Below are positions 29,544 through 39,281 of a DNA stretch of 64,000 nucleotides, one piece after another. The notes beneath the pieces are model-generated. The model was not told the origin of the DNA, did no database searches, and saw only the letters and a program-made list of their open reading frames with translations. Position 1 is the first letter of the stretch; each line of letters starts with the position of its first letter. Both the position numbers and the translations under genes were made by a program. Source of the stretch: Alphaproteobacteria bacterium (lineage in GTDB: Bacteria; Pseudomonadota; Alphaproteobacteria; Micropepsales; Micropepsaceae); contig CANJJD010000002.1 in the NCBI GenBank assembly GCA_947474645.1, positions 102,745 through 166,744 on the forward strand, in the 5' to 3' direction.

Positions 29544-30598
29544 TGGGGCTTGGCGAGCATCCATTGCCCGCCGCGATTGGTCAGGGTCAGCCCCGCAGCA
29601 CCCATCGCCTCGCGCAGTTGCTCCACGCCGCCCATATAAGCCAGGTTGATGCGGGCATAGTTGATGTTCATCGCCGTCACCGTCACGCCGGTGACATTGC
29701 TGATCCCGCCCAGCGCAGTCTGAATTTCACCCCATTGCTCCAGGCCGGCGATGCGCACATCGGCGCTCAGCCGCCCGCGCTGGGAAAAGTCTATGGCGCT
29801 GCGCGTCTTCCACAGATCTTCCATGGCCCGCACCGCGGCTTGCGCCGCCGCCGGATAGGTGGTGCCCACCGTCTGCAGCATGGGCACGTCCACGCTGGTC
29901 TTGGCCGGCTGCTCGCCCGCGCCCAGGCGGCGGATATTCACCGTCATCTTGCCGTTGGCGTAAGACGCCTGCACCAGCCCCACTTCGCTGACCCGGTTCT
30001 TGACCGCCACCGCGGAAACATCGTTCCAGGTGGCGGCGTCGAAATTCAGCGCCGCCAGCGCGGCATCGTCTTCGGCCGCCAGGATGGTGAATGGCACCAG
30101 CGAATCGCGGAAGGCGGGCGCCTGCAGCGCAGCGGCCCATGGGCCATGGCTGACACCCGGCGACATGGGGATCACCAGGATGCGGCGCACCGGCGCCTGG
30201 GAATAAGCGATCTGGGCGGCGCGCAGGGTGCGCGCCACCGCATCGGGATTGAACATGTAAGTGACGTCGGCGACATAGCGGGTGGTGGAGCGCCGCTCAT
30301 TGGCGACGGTGAAGCCGCGGCCCAGACGCCCCAGGGTTGCGGCGTCCAGCGCCGGCTGACGGGCCCAGTCGGCCTGGCGGGTAAGACGGCGATAGAGAAT
30401 CTGGAATGCCCGCCCGCGCCCCTGGGCGATGGCGGCATTGAAAGCCTCGGTGGTGGAGGCGGCGCCGGCATCCACATGCACGCCGGAAACCGTGTAGAGC
30501 GATTCTTGTGCCCGCGCCGGAACGGCGCCAATCAACAAAGTTGCGGGGACCGCCAGGAACAGGGCGGCGGCAAAAAAGCAGAGTGCGCGGACGGTCAT
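29540..30598 (-). CDS. DUF2066-like exported protein
   Basis: Signal peptide, YTV.GVHVDA.A; conserved position divergent from purM. Confidence 0.65.
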   Translation of the reverse strand: MTVRALCFFAAALFLAVPATLLIGAVPARAQESLYTVSGVHVDAGAASTTEAFNAAIAQGRGRAFQILYRRLTRQADWARQPALDAATLGRLGRGFTVANERRSTTRYVADVTYMFNPDAVARTLRAAQIAYSQAPVRRILVIPMSPGVSHGPWAAALQAPAFRDSLVPFTILAAEDDAALAALNFDAATWNDVSAVAVKNRVSEVGLVQASYANGKMTVNIRRLGAGEQPAKTSVDVPMLQTVGTTYPAAAQAAVRAMEDLWKTRSAIDFSQRGRLSADVRIAGLEQWGEIQTALGGISNVTGVTVTAMNINYARINLAYMGGVEQLREAMGAAGLTLTNRGGQWMLAKPQ

Positions 30599-30749
30599 GC
30601 AAAGCCTGTGTTGAACGGCGCGACTATACCGGCCGATCATGACCGGAGGAAGGCGCTAACGTCATGCCAAAACAGGCAAATTCGAGGGTCCTGTGAGCAG
30701 CCCGCCTACCCGCCTTGCGCCTCAGCCGAGCTCTATTTAAACGGGGTTC

Positions 30750-31817
30750 ATGCCTTTTCCCGAAAACGGCCTGACTTATAAAGACGCGGGCGTGGATATC
30801 GACGCCGGCGAGGCGCTGGTGGAGCGCATCGGCCCTGCCGCCAAGGCGACGCGGCGGCGCGGCGCCGATGCCGACCTGGGTGGTTTTGGCGGGCTGTTCG
30901 ACCTCAAGGCGGCCGGGTTCACCGATCCCATCCTGGTGGCGGGAACCGACGGGGTCGGCACCAAGCTGAAACTGGCGATCGACACGCGGCGATTTGACGG
31001 TATCGGCCAGGACCTGGTTGCCATGTGCGTCAACGACATTGTGGTGCAGGGCGCCGAGCCGCTTTTCTTTCTGGATTATTACGCCACCGGCAAGCTGGAC
31101 GTGGAAGCCGCCGCCGTGACGGTGGAAGGCATCGCGCGGGCCTGCAAGGAATCGGGCTGCGCCCTGATCGGCGGCGAGACGGCGGAGATGCCGGGTCTTT
31201 ATGCCAAGGGTGATTTCGATCTCGCGGGATTTGCGGTCGGCGCGGTGGAACGGGGTGACATCCTGCCCAAGCTGAACACGATGAAAGCGGGCGATGTGCT
31301 GATCGGCGTCGCCTCCAGCGGCGTGCATTCCAACGGCTATTCGCTGGTGCGCAAGGTGGTGGAGAAATCCGGACTGGCGCTGAGCGATGCCGCGCCCTTC
31401 GCGGCGGGCAAGAGTTTGGGCGAAGCGCTGCTGACACCCACCCGGCTTTATGTGCGCGCCGCCCTGGCCGCGATGAAGACCGGCGGGGTGAAGGGCCTGG
31501 CCCATATCACCGGCGGCGGCATCACCGACAATCTGCCGCGCTGCCTGCCCGATGGGCTGGACGGCGAAGTGGATCTTTCTGCCATCGCTGTGCTGCCGGT
31601 GTTCCAATGGCTGGCCAGGACGGCGGGCATCGCGGAAAGCGAAATGCTGCGCACCTTCAATTGCGGCATCGGCATGGTGGCGGTGACGGATGAGGCAAAC
31701 GCGGACGCCGTGATCGCCGCCTTCCAACAGAATGGCGACACCGCTGTCCGCATCGGTAAGCTGATTGCCGGCAGCGGCGAAGCCAAAGTCGTCACGCGCG
31801 GGGCTTTGAAGCTTTGA
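30750..31817 (+). CDS. purM: Phosphoribosylaminoimidazole (AIR) synthetase
   Basis: [60 protein letters not shown]. Confidence 0.97.
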   Translation: MPFPENGLTYKDAGVDIDAGEALVERIGPAAKATRRRGADADLGGFGGLFDLKAAGFTDPILVAGTDGVGTKLKLAIDTRRFDGIGQDLVAMCVNDIVVQGAEPLFFLDYYATGKLDVEAAAVTVEGIARACKESGCALIGGETAEMPGLYAKGDFDLAGFAVGAVERGDILPKLNTMKAGDVLIGVASSGVHSNGYSLVRKVVEKSGLALSDAAPFAAGKSLGEALLTPTRLYVRAALAAMKTGGVKGLAHITGGGITDNLPRCLPDGLDGEVDLSAIAVLPVFQWLARTAGIAESEMLRTFNCGIGMVAVTDEANADAVIAAFQQNGDTAVRIGKLIAGSGEAKVVTRGALKL

Positions 31818-32422
31818 CCCCCTCTTCTGTTGAGAAGAGTGTTGCCGTCCTTATCTCCGGGCGCGGCAATAACCTGGGCGCCCTGATCGCGGCGCAGGAT
31901 TCCAGCTACAAGATCATCCTGGTGATCTCCAATGTCGAAGGCGCCGCCGGGCTGGACAAGGCGGGCTCCGCAAATATTCCCACCTTGGTCATCCCCCACA
32001 ACGGCAAGACACGCGAAGCGTTCGACGCCGAGATGGATGCCGCCTTGCGCGCGGCGGGCGCGCAGATCGTGGTGCTGGCCGGCTTCATGCGCATCCTGTC
32101 GGATGGCTTTGTGCGCGGCTGGGAGGGAAAGCTGATCAATATCCACCCCTCCCTGCTGCCGGCCTATCGCGGTACGCGGGTGCATGAGCGGGTGATCGAG
32201 GCAAAAGAAGCGCTGTCCGGCGCATCCGTGCATTTCGTGGTGCCGGAACTGGATGCCGGCCCGGTGATCGCGCAAGCCAGCGTGCCGGTCCATGCGAGCG
32301 ACACGCCGCAAGCACTGGCCGACCGGGTGCTGGAGGTCGAGCTCAAGCTTTATCCCGAAGCCCTGAAACTGCTGGCGACGGACAAGGTGAAGCTGCAGAA
32401 CGGCCTCGCCGTCTTTAGCTGA
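31814..32422 (+). CDS. purN: Phosphoribosylglycinamide formyltransferase
   Basis: [37 protein letters not shown]. Confidence 0.95.
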   Translation: MTPSSVEKSVAVLISGRGNNLGALIAAQDSSYKIILVISNVEGAAGLDKAGSANIPTLVIPHNGKTREAFDAEMDAALRAAGAQIVVLAGFMRILSDGFVRGWEGKLINIHPSLLPAYRGTRVHERVIEAKEALSGASVHFVVPELDAGPVIAQASVPVHASDTPQALADRVLEVELKLYPEALKLLATDKVKLQNGLAVFS

Positions 32423-33245
32423 AACCCGCGATCTGCGCCGAAGCCTCCCACAAACGCTTGGCGTCGGCATCGTTGCGCGCTTCGGCGGTGGGGGTGGTGG
32501 GCTTGCACTCAAAGAAATACTCGCCCGTCACGCCGGCGACATCCGGCGAAGATGCCAGGTAGATGATGGTCTTGGCGCCCTCTTCCGGCGCGATGGCGCC
32601 GATCGGCTTGGCCACTTTCATCACCGTGCCCATCAGCCCGCCGGAATTGTCGCCGAAGCGGGTGGCGACAAAGCCGGGATGCAGGGCGTTGGCGGTGACA
32701 CCGTCCGGCGTGCGCCGCGCCAGCTCGCGGTTGAACAGGATGTTGGCCAGCTTGGATTTGGAATAGACCGGAAAGCCGACATAGCCACGACTGGACTGCA
32801 GGTCGTCGAATTTGAGCTTGGCGCCGCGATGGGCATTTGACGCCACGGTGACGATGCGCGCGCCGGGCTTCAACTTGTCCAAAAGCAGGTTGGTGATGAC
32901 AAAATAGCCCATATGGTTCAGGGCGAAGGTCATCTCCAGCCCATCCGCCGTTTCCTGCCTTTTGTTGAACAGGGCGCCGGCATTGTTCACCAGCACGTCG
33001 ATCTGCGGTTCGCCCGTCAGCAACGCACCCACCCGCTTCATTTCCGACAGCGTCGAAAGATCGGCCATGTGCACGGCATGATCGGCGCCCGGACCCGCCT
33101 TGCGCAGCTTGGCCATGGTGTCGTCGGCGCGGGCCTTGTCACGGGCGGTGAAGACGATGCGGGCGTCCTGCTCCGCCAGGCGGATCGCGGCAATCTCGCC
33201 GATGCCCGAGGTGGCGCCGGTGATGACGATGGTTTTGCCGCGCAT
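32415..33245 (-). CDS. Short-chain dehydrogenase/reductase (retinol dehydrogenase/WWOX-like)
   Basis: TGATSGIG, NNAG, F.LNH.GYF, YSKSK (YxxxK), HPGFV.T. Confidence 0.9.
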   Translation of the reverse strand: MRGKTIVITGATSGIGEIAAIRLAEQDARIVFTARDKARADDTMAKLRKAGPGADHAVHMADLSTLSEMKRVGALLTGEPQIDVLVNNAGALFNKRQETADGLEMTFALNHMGYFVITNLLLDKLKPGARIVTVASNAHRGAKLKFDDLQSSRGYVGFPVYSKSKLANILFNRELARRTPDGVTANALHPGFVATRFGDNSGGLMGTVMKVAKPIGAIAPEEGAKTIIYLASSPDVAGVTGEYFFECKPTTPTAEARNDADAKRLWEASAQIAGFS

Positions 33246-33278
33246 GAAAAAAGGCTCCGTTCATGGGAACGGAGCCTT
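33246..33278 (-). terminator. Rho-independent terminator of ndk
   Basis: 12-bp perfect stem AAGGCTCCGTTC/GAACGGAGCCTT plus a T-run on the minus strand. Confidence 0.85.
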
Positions 33279-33302
33279 ATATCTCAAAAAGACAGTACCG
33301 TC

Positions 33303-33725
33303 TTAGCCGGGAATGTCGCCATCCGTGAAGAACTGCGCGATTTCGATCTTGGCATTCTCCGGGCTGTCGGAGCCATGCACCGAATTCTCACCGATCGACA
33401 ATGCGAACAGCTTGCGAAGTGTGCCTTCGGCCGCTTCCTTGGGGTTGGTGGCGCCCATCACTTCACGATAGCGGGCAACGGCATTCTCGCCTTCCAGCAC
33501 CTGCACAACCACCGGCTCAGCGGTCATCTGGCTGACCAGCTCGCCATAAAAAGGGCGGTCCTTGTGCACTTCATAGAATTTCTTGGCTTGGGCATCGCTC
33601 AGGCGAACGCGCTTCTGCGCCACGATGCGCAGGCCGGCATCCTCGATCACGGCATTGACCTTGCCGGTGAGGTTGCGGCGCGTGGCGTCCGGCTTGATGA
33701 TCGAAAAGGTGCGCTGAACGGCCAT
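33303..33725 (-). CDS. ndk: Nucleoside diphosphate kinase
   Basis: [24 protein letters not shown]. Confidence 0.98.
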   Translation of the reverse strand: MAVQRTFSIIKPDATRRNLTGKVNAVIEDAGLRIVAQKRVRLSDAQAKKFYEVHKDRPFYGELVSQMTAEPVVVQVLEGENAVARYREVMGATNPKEAAEGTLRKLFALSIGENSVHGSDSPENAKIEIAQFFTDGDIPG

Positions 33726-33808
33726 GAAACTCTCCAGATTGGGGTAAAACCGCGCGGGTTATGCAATGTGTTTGCGCTCAGGGCAAGCATCGTTATAAGG
33801 CCCCATAA

Positions 33809-35686
33809 ATGCTGGCGATTGACAACATCACGGTGCGGATCGCCGGGCGGGAAATCCTGTCCGGCGCCACCGCCAACCTGCCCGCGGGCCGCCGCATCGG
33901 GCTGGTGGGGCGCAACGGCGCGGGCAAGTCCACCCTGTTCAAGGTGATCCTGGGCCAGTTGCACCAGGATGGCGGGGAAATAAGTTGGCCCAATGCCTGG
34001 CGGGTGGGCGCGGTGGCGCAGGAAGCCCCCGGCACCGAAACCAGCCTGCTCGACACCGTGCTGGAAGCCGATCCCGAACGGTTGGGGCTGCTGGCGGAAG
34101 CGGAACACGAAACCGACGGACATCGGTTGGGCGATATCTATCACCGCCTTGAGGCGATCGACGCCTATACCGCCCCGGCGCGCGCGGCGGAAATCCTGGC
34201 GGGCCTGGGCTTCTCGGCGGAAGACCAGTTGCGCCCCTGCCGCGAATTCTCAGGCGGCTGGCGCATGCGCGTGGCCCTTGCCGCGATCCTGTTCAGCGCG
34301 CCCAACCTGTTGCTGCTGGACGAACCCACCAACTATCTGGATCTGGAAGGCGTGTTGTGGCTGGAGAACTTCATCCAGAAATATCGCGGCACCATCCTGA
34401 TCGTCAGCCATGACCGCGACCTGCTCAACACGGCTTGCGAATTCATCGTGCATCTGGAGCGCGGCAAGCTGAAGCTCTACACCGGCGGCTACGACACCTT
34501 CATGGCCACACGGGCCGCGGCGCGCGCCAACGACATGGCCTTTGCGAAAAAGCAGGACGCCGCCCGCGCCCACATGCAGAAATTCGTGGACCGCTTCAAG
34601 GCGTCGGCCGCCAAGGCCGCCCAGGCGCAAAGCCGCATGAAGATGCTGGCCAAGATGGCCATAGTGGAAGTGCCGCCCGACGAACATGTCGCGCCCATCC
34701 GCATTCCCCAGGCGACCGCCGCCTCGCCGCCGCTGATCACCATGGACCGCGCCAGCGTCGGCTATGAGGCGGGCAAGCCGATCCTCACCGGCATGTCCTT
34801 CCGCTTCGATCCCGAAGACCGCGTCGCGCTGCTGGGCAAGAACGGCAACGGCAAATCCACCATGGCCAAGCTCTTGGCCGGCAAGCTCACGGCGATGGGC
34901 GGCGACTTCACCCCGGCGCGCAAGCTGGTGGTGGGCTATTTCGCCCAGCACCAGGCCGAAGAACTCGACACCGCGATCACGCCCATTCTCACCCTGCAGC
35001 GCCTGCGTCCCAAGCTGACCCTGGAGCAGGTGCGCGGCCAGTTGGGCGGCTTCGGCTTTTCCGCCGACAAGCAGCAGACCCAGGTCGGCAAGCTGTCGGG
35101 CGGCGAGCGGGCGCGGCTGATGCTGGCGCTGGCCACGTTGGACAAGCCCAATCTTCTTATTCTCGACGAACCCACCAACCATCTGGACATTGACGCCCGC
35201 AACGAGCTGCTCACCGCGCTGAATGATTTCGACGGCGCGGTGATCCTGGTCAGCCATGACCGCCGCCTGATCGAAGCCACCGCCGACCGGCTGCTGCTGG
35301 TGTCGGACGGCCATGTCACGCCGTTCGAGGGTGACCTGGACGATTACCGCAAGTTCCTGCTCAGCGGCGACAATGCGCCGACCCGCCGGGCCCCCATTCC
35401 CGAGGTCAAGGTCAACAAGGACGAAGCCCGCCGCAGCAATGCCGAGAAGCGCCAGAACCTGAAACCCCTCAAGGACAAGGTGAAGGCCGCCGAGCACCAG
35501 ATTGCCGACCTCACCGCCGAGATGGCCAAGCTGGACAAGGCGCTGTCCGACCCCCTGCTGTTCAGCAAGGACCCCGCCAAGGCCGCGGCCGTGTCCAAGA
35601 AGCGCGCCGACGCCGCGCGCAAGCTGGAAGCGGCGGAAAAAGCCTGGGTGGCGGCCAGCGAAGCGTACGAAAATGCCAATGCGTGA
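33809..35686 (+). CDS. ABC-F family ATPase
   Basis: Two NBDs (GRNGAGKST, FSGGWRMR, LLLDEPTN; GKNGNGKST, LSGGE), no TM segments, C-terminal coiled coil. Confidence 0.93.
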   Translation: MLAIDNITVRIAGREILSGATANLPAGRRIGLVGRNGAGKSTLFKVILGQLHQDGGEISWPNAWRVGAVAQEAPGTETSLLDTVLEADPERLGLLAEAEHETDGHRLGDIYHRLEAIDAYTAPARAAEILAGLGFSAEDQLRPCREFSGGWRMRVALAAILFSAPNLLLLDEPTNYLDLEGVLWLENFIQKYRGTILIVSHDRDLLNTACEFIVHLERGKLKLYTGGYDTFMATRAAARANDMAFAKKQDAARAHMQKFVDRFKASAAKAAQAQSRMKMLAKMAIVEVPPDEHVAPIRIPQATAASPPLITMDRASVGYEAGKPILTGMSFRFDPEDRVALLGKNGNGKSTMAKLLAGKLTAMGGDFTPARKLVVGYFAQHQAEELDTAITPILTLQRLRPKLTLEQVRGQLGGFGFSADKQQTQVGKLSGGERARLMLALATLDKPNLLILDEPTNHLDIDARNELLTALNDFDGAVILVSHDRRLIEATADRLLLVSDGHVTPFEGDLDDYRKFLLSGDNAPTRRAPIPEVKVNKDEARRSNAEKRQNLKPLKDKVKAAEHQIADLTAEMAKLDKALSDPLLFSKDPAKAAAVSKKRADAARKLEAAEKAWVAASEAYENANA

Positions 35687-35729
35687 AGGGGCTTGCAGGC
35701 CCTAAGGCATGCTTTAGGCTGGCGCCGCC

Positions 35730-36776
35730 ATGACCGATAACAGATTTTACGAACGGGCCGGTCCGTTCACCCTGGCCGAAATCGCCGCGCGCATCGGCGC
35801 CGAGCCGGAAAAGGGCGCAGCCCAGATCACGCTGCGCGACGTGGCGGCGCTGGAAAGCGCCGAGGCCGGCGACATCTCGCTGTTCAGCGACGCCAAATAT
35901 GCCAACGCCTTCGCCGTCACCAAGGCCAGCCTGGTCATCACCTCCGACAAGCTGGCCAAGCTGCCCCATGGCGTGAGTTTGCTGGTGGTGCCCAATCCGC
36001 GCCTGGCCTTCGCCCAGGTCGGCCACATCTTCTATCCGCCCGCCAAGCTGCAGCCCGGCGTGCGCGTGACCCATCCGGTGCATCCCACCGCCACGGTGGG
36101 CGAAGGCACCGAAATCGGTCCCGCGGGCGAGATCGGCGCCGGCGCACAGATCGGGACCAACTGTTACATCGGCAACAATGTGGTGATCGGGCGCGGCGTG
36201 GTGATCGGAAATGATTGCCGCATCGGCGCCAACTGCGTCATCACCCATGCGATGATCGGCAACCGGGTGGTGATGGGTCCCAACAATTCCATCGGCAATC
36301 AGGGCTTTTCCTTCGTGCCCAGCCAGGACGGATTGTTGCGCGTGCCGCAACTGGGCCGCGTCGTCGTCGAGGATGAAGTGGAGTTCGGCTCCAACTGCAC
36401 CGCGGACCGCGGCGCCATCGGCGATACCCATATCGAGCGCGGCGTGCGCTTCGACAGCCTGATCCATGTCGGCCACAATGTGCGCATCGGCCATCACAGC
36501 CTGCTGGTGGCGCAGGTCGGCATCGGCGGCTCCACCACCGTGGGACCCATGGTGCTGATCGGCGGCCAGGTCGGCATCAGCGACCATCTCACCATCGGCG
36601 CCGGCGCGCGGCTGGCGGCGCGCTCCGGGGTCACCCGCGACATCGGCGTCGGCGAGCGGGTGGGCGGCTACCCGGCGCGTCCCCTGAAGCGCTGGCACCG
36701 CGAAACGGCCTTGCTGGCCAAGATGGCCAAGCCCAAAAAGCCAAACGATCAAGACGGCGAACAAGAACAAGAATAA
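35730..36776 (+). CDS. LpxD-like hexapeptide N-acyltransferase (divergent paralogue)
   Basis: LpxD N-terminal domain (PFTLAEIA...PNPRLAF), hexapeptide repeats, DRGA.GDT, GHNV, GQVGI.DHL. Not inside the usual lpxD-fabZ-lpxA cluster. Confidence 0.8.
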   Translation: MTDNRFYERAGPFTLAEIAARIGAEPEKGAAQITLRDVAALESAEAGDISLFSDAKYANAFAVTKASLVITSDKLAKLPHGVSLLVVPNPRLAFAQVGHIFYPPAKLQPGVRVTHPVHPTATVGEGTEIGPAGEIGAGAQIGTNCYIGNNVVIGRGVVIGNDCRIGANCVITHAMIGNRVVMGPNNSIGNQGFSFVPSQDGLLRVPQLGRVVVEDEVEFGSNCTADRGAIGDTHIERGVRFDSLIHVGHNVRIGHHSLLVAQVGIGGSTTVGPMVLIGGQVGISDHLTIGAGARLAARSGVTRDIGVGERVGGYPARPLKRWHRETALLAKMAKPKKPNDQDGEQEQE

Positions 36777-36785
36777 GGAGCCGCC

Positions 36786-38054
36786 ATGGCCCAAGCACAG
36801 CTTTCCAGCATCGTGCCCAAGCTGCATCTGCGGCTGATGCCGGTCCTGTTGATGATGTACGTCATGGCATTCCTGGACCGGGCCAATGTCAGCTTCGCCA
36901 AGACCGGCCTGACCCTGGATGTGGGCATCGGTGATGCCGCCTTCGCCTTCGGCGCCGGGCTTTTCTTTGTCGGCTATGCCACGCTGGAAATACCCTCCAA
37001 CCTGATGCTGCACCGGTTCGGGGCGCGGCGCTGGATGGCGCGCATCATGATCACCTGGGGCATCGTTTCGGCCGCCAATGCCTTTGTCACCGGCCCCAGC
37101 AGTTTTTATGCGGTGCGCTTTCTTCTGGGCATGGCCGAGGCCGGATTCTTTCCCGGCGTAATCTATTACATGACCTATTGGTACCCGACCGCGGCTCGCG
37201 CCCGCTCCGTCGGCCTGTTCTATTACGGCGCGCCGCTGGCGTTGACCTTCGGCGGCCCGATCTCGGGCCAGTTGGTGGCGCATGACGCGTTTGGCCTGCA
37301 TGGCTGGCAAGTGATGTTCCTGGTCGAGGGCCTGCTGGCATCGCTGGGCGGCATCGCGGTGCTGTTCCTGCTGCATGACCGTCCCGAACAGGCGCCCTGG
37401 CTGAATGCGGACGAGAAGGCCGTGCTGGGCGCGGCGCTGGCGGAGGATGACGGCGCGCGCGAGCATCCGAGCGTGCTCAACGCCCTGCGCGACGGCCGCG
37501 TGCTGTATCTGGCACTGGTCTATTTCCTGGTGCAGATGGGCTTTTACGGCCTCACTTTCTACCTGCCGACGCAGGTTGCGCGGTTGCTCGGCACCAGCAT
37601 CGGGCTGCAAGTGGGGCTGGTGACATCCCTGCCCTGGATCTGCGCCCTGATCGCGGTAACCGTTGTGCCGCCATGGTGCGACCGCAAAGGTAACGCCCGC
37701 GGCATCGGCGCCCTGAGCGCCGGCATCGCTGGCATCGCGCTGGCGGTATCGGCGCTGGCGCCCTCGCCGCTGGTGGCGCTGATGGCGCTGTGCGTGGCGG
37801 CGGCCGGCCTGATCGTTGCGCCGGCCTTGTTCTGGTCCTTGCCGACCGGGCTCTTGGGCGGCGCGGCGGCGGCCGGCGGCATCGCCCTGATCAACTCGAT
37901 CGGTAATCTCGGGGGCTTCGCCGCACCGAATTTGCGCGCCTGGCTGGATGCAGCTTTCGCCAACCACAGCGCCGGCCTGTTGGGATTGGGCGCGGCCTGC
38001 ATGATCGGGGCGTGCTGCTACGCGGTGGCGCCGCGCCGTTCAGCGCAAGTGTGA
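36786..38054 (+). CDS. MFS transporter, anion:cation symporter (TtuB/RhmT-like)
   Basis: FLDRANV, EIPSN, GARRWMARIM, LLGMAEAGFFPG, INSIGNLGGF. Confidence 0.9.
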   Translation: MAQAQLSSIVPKLHLRLMPVLLMMYVMAFLDRANVSFAKTGLTLDVGIGDAAFAFGAGLFFVGYATLEIPSNLMLHRFGARRWMARIMITWGIVSAANAFVTGPSSFYAVRFLLGMAEAGFFPGVIYYMTYWYPTAARARSVGLFYYGAPLALTFGGPISGQLVAHDAFGLHGWQVMFLVEGLLASLGGIAVLFLLHDRPEQAPWLNADEKAVLGAALAEDDGAREHPSVLNALRDGRVLYLALVYFLVQMGFYGLTFYLPTQVARLLGTSIGLQVGLVTSLPWICALIAVTVVPPWCDRKGNARGIGALSAGIAGIALAVSALAPSPLVALMALCVAAAGLIVAPALFWSLPTGLLGGAAAAGGIALINSIGNLGGFAAPNLRAWLDAAFANHSAGLLGLGAACMIGACCYAVAPRRSAQV

Positions 38055-38810
38055 CTTGGCGATAGAAACCCATTCGCGCTGGCGCGAGCGGTAATAACCC
38101 GGCGCACCCTTCACCGATTGGAGAATTTCGGCGAACAGCGCCCGGGCGCGGTCGTTCTGTCCCAGGCTTTCCAGCAACAGTCCGAAGCGGGCGCGGGCTT
38201 CCTCGCCGGGATAGCGGGCAACGACTTTTTCAAACTGCGCCACCGCTTCGGCATTCTTGTTCTGCAGCGCCAGCGCCCGGGCATAATCCAGCTCGGCATC
38301 GGCATCGAACGCCGCCGGATCAACCGCCTTCAGTTGAACAAAAAGGCTTTCGGCTTCGGCGCCCTGGCCCGCCAGCATGCGGGCGCGGCCCAGCCCCTTC
38401 AGCAGGGTGGGATCATTGGCACCCAACGGTCCCTGCATGGCGCTTTCATACAGTTCGATCGCTTCGGCAAAAAAGCCGCGCTTGACGCTTTCATCCGCCA
38501 GCGCCCGCTTGGCGTCCACCGAGCCGACCAGTTCCACCTGACGTTTCTTTTCGCGATAGCCGCGTCCCGGATCGGCGGCCTGGGCCACGCTGCCCCGGAA
38601 ACGGCGCATGCCATGGCTGTTCAGCAAATCGGGAATCACCGCCATCACCAGATAGGCCAGCCACAGCGCCGCCAGCGCCAGTACACTGATAAAGGACGCC
38701 AGGCCCATGCCCATGATCCACATCGGCGTGCGGCCACTGCGGATGACATGCCAGGCCAAGGCCAGGTCAATCAGCAGGATGGCGATATTGAAAGAGGAGA
38801 AATAGCCCAA
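38040..38810 (-). CDS. Membrane-anchored tetratricopeptide-repeat protein
   Basis: Two N-terminal TM helices followed by TPR-like helical repeats (AIELYE.A, LDYARAL, A.YGLLL). Confidence 0.72.
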   Translation of the reverse strand: MGYFSSFNIAILLIDLALAWHVIRSGRTPMWIMGMGLASFISVLALAALWLAYLVMAVIPDLLNSHGMRRFRGSVAQAADPGRGYREKKRQVELVGSVDAKRALADESVKRGFFAEAIELYESAMQGPLGANDPTLLKGLGRARMLAGQGAEAESLFVQLKAVDPAAFDADAELDYARALALQNKNAEAVAQFEKVVARYPGEEARARFGLLLESLGQNDRARALFAEILQSVKGAPGYYRSRQREWVSIAKSHLR

Positions 38811-38822
38811 GGGATTTTCCGG

Positions 38823-39281
38823 TCAGTTCTGTTTTTCGAATTTCCCGGAAGGCGTTTCCTTCCAGTAGGTCACATCATGCCCCACGGCCTTGGCGTCTTT
38901 CCATGCCGCGCGGGCTTTTCCAAGCGCCGCTTCGTCCCGGCCATCGAACAGCAGGACCACGCGCGCCAGATCGGAAAGCGTGTTCCAGTCGCTGGGCTCA
39001 GCGCCCCCGACATAAAAGACGATCTGGGCGGAATTGGGATTGCCCTCTTCCACCGAAATCAACACCGGCTGGCCCGCCGCATCGCCGTCGCCGGCCTGGG
39101 CATGGGGCAGGAAGCTCTGGTCGTCATAGGTCCACAGCAAACTGTCCAGCGCATCGGAGCGTTCCGAAGAATCCGTGCGGATCATCGCTCGCCAGCCGCG
39201 CTGGAGCGATTTCTCAACCAGTCCCGGCAGCACGTCTTCCAGCGAGCGGCGCTCCAGATGATAGAACAGCGTCTCGGTCAT
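38823..39281 (-). CDS. holC: DNA polymerase III chi subunit
   Basis: FYHL, LVEKSL.RGWR, LD..LWT....FLPH, FDG.D...L..AR..WK. Confidence 0.92.
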   Translation of the reverse strand: MTETLFYHLERRSLEDVLPGLVEKSLQRGWRAMIRTDSSERSDALDSLLWTYDDQSFLPHAQAGDGDAAGQPVLISVEEGNPNSAQIVFYVGGAEPSDWNTLSDLARVVLLFDGRDEAALGKARAAWKDAKAVGHDVTYWKETPSGKFEKQN

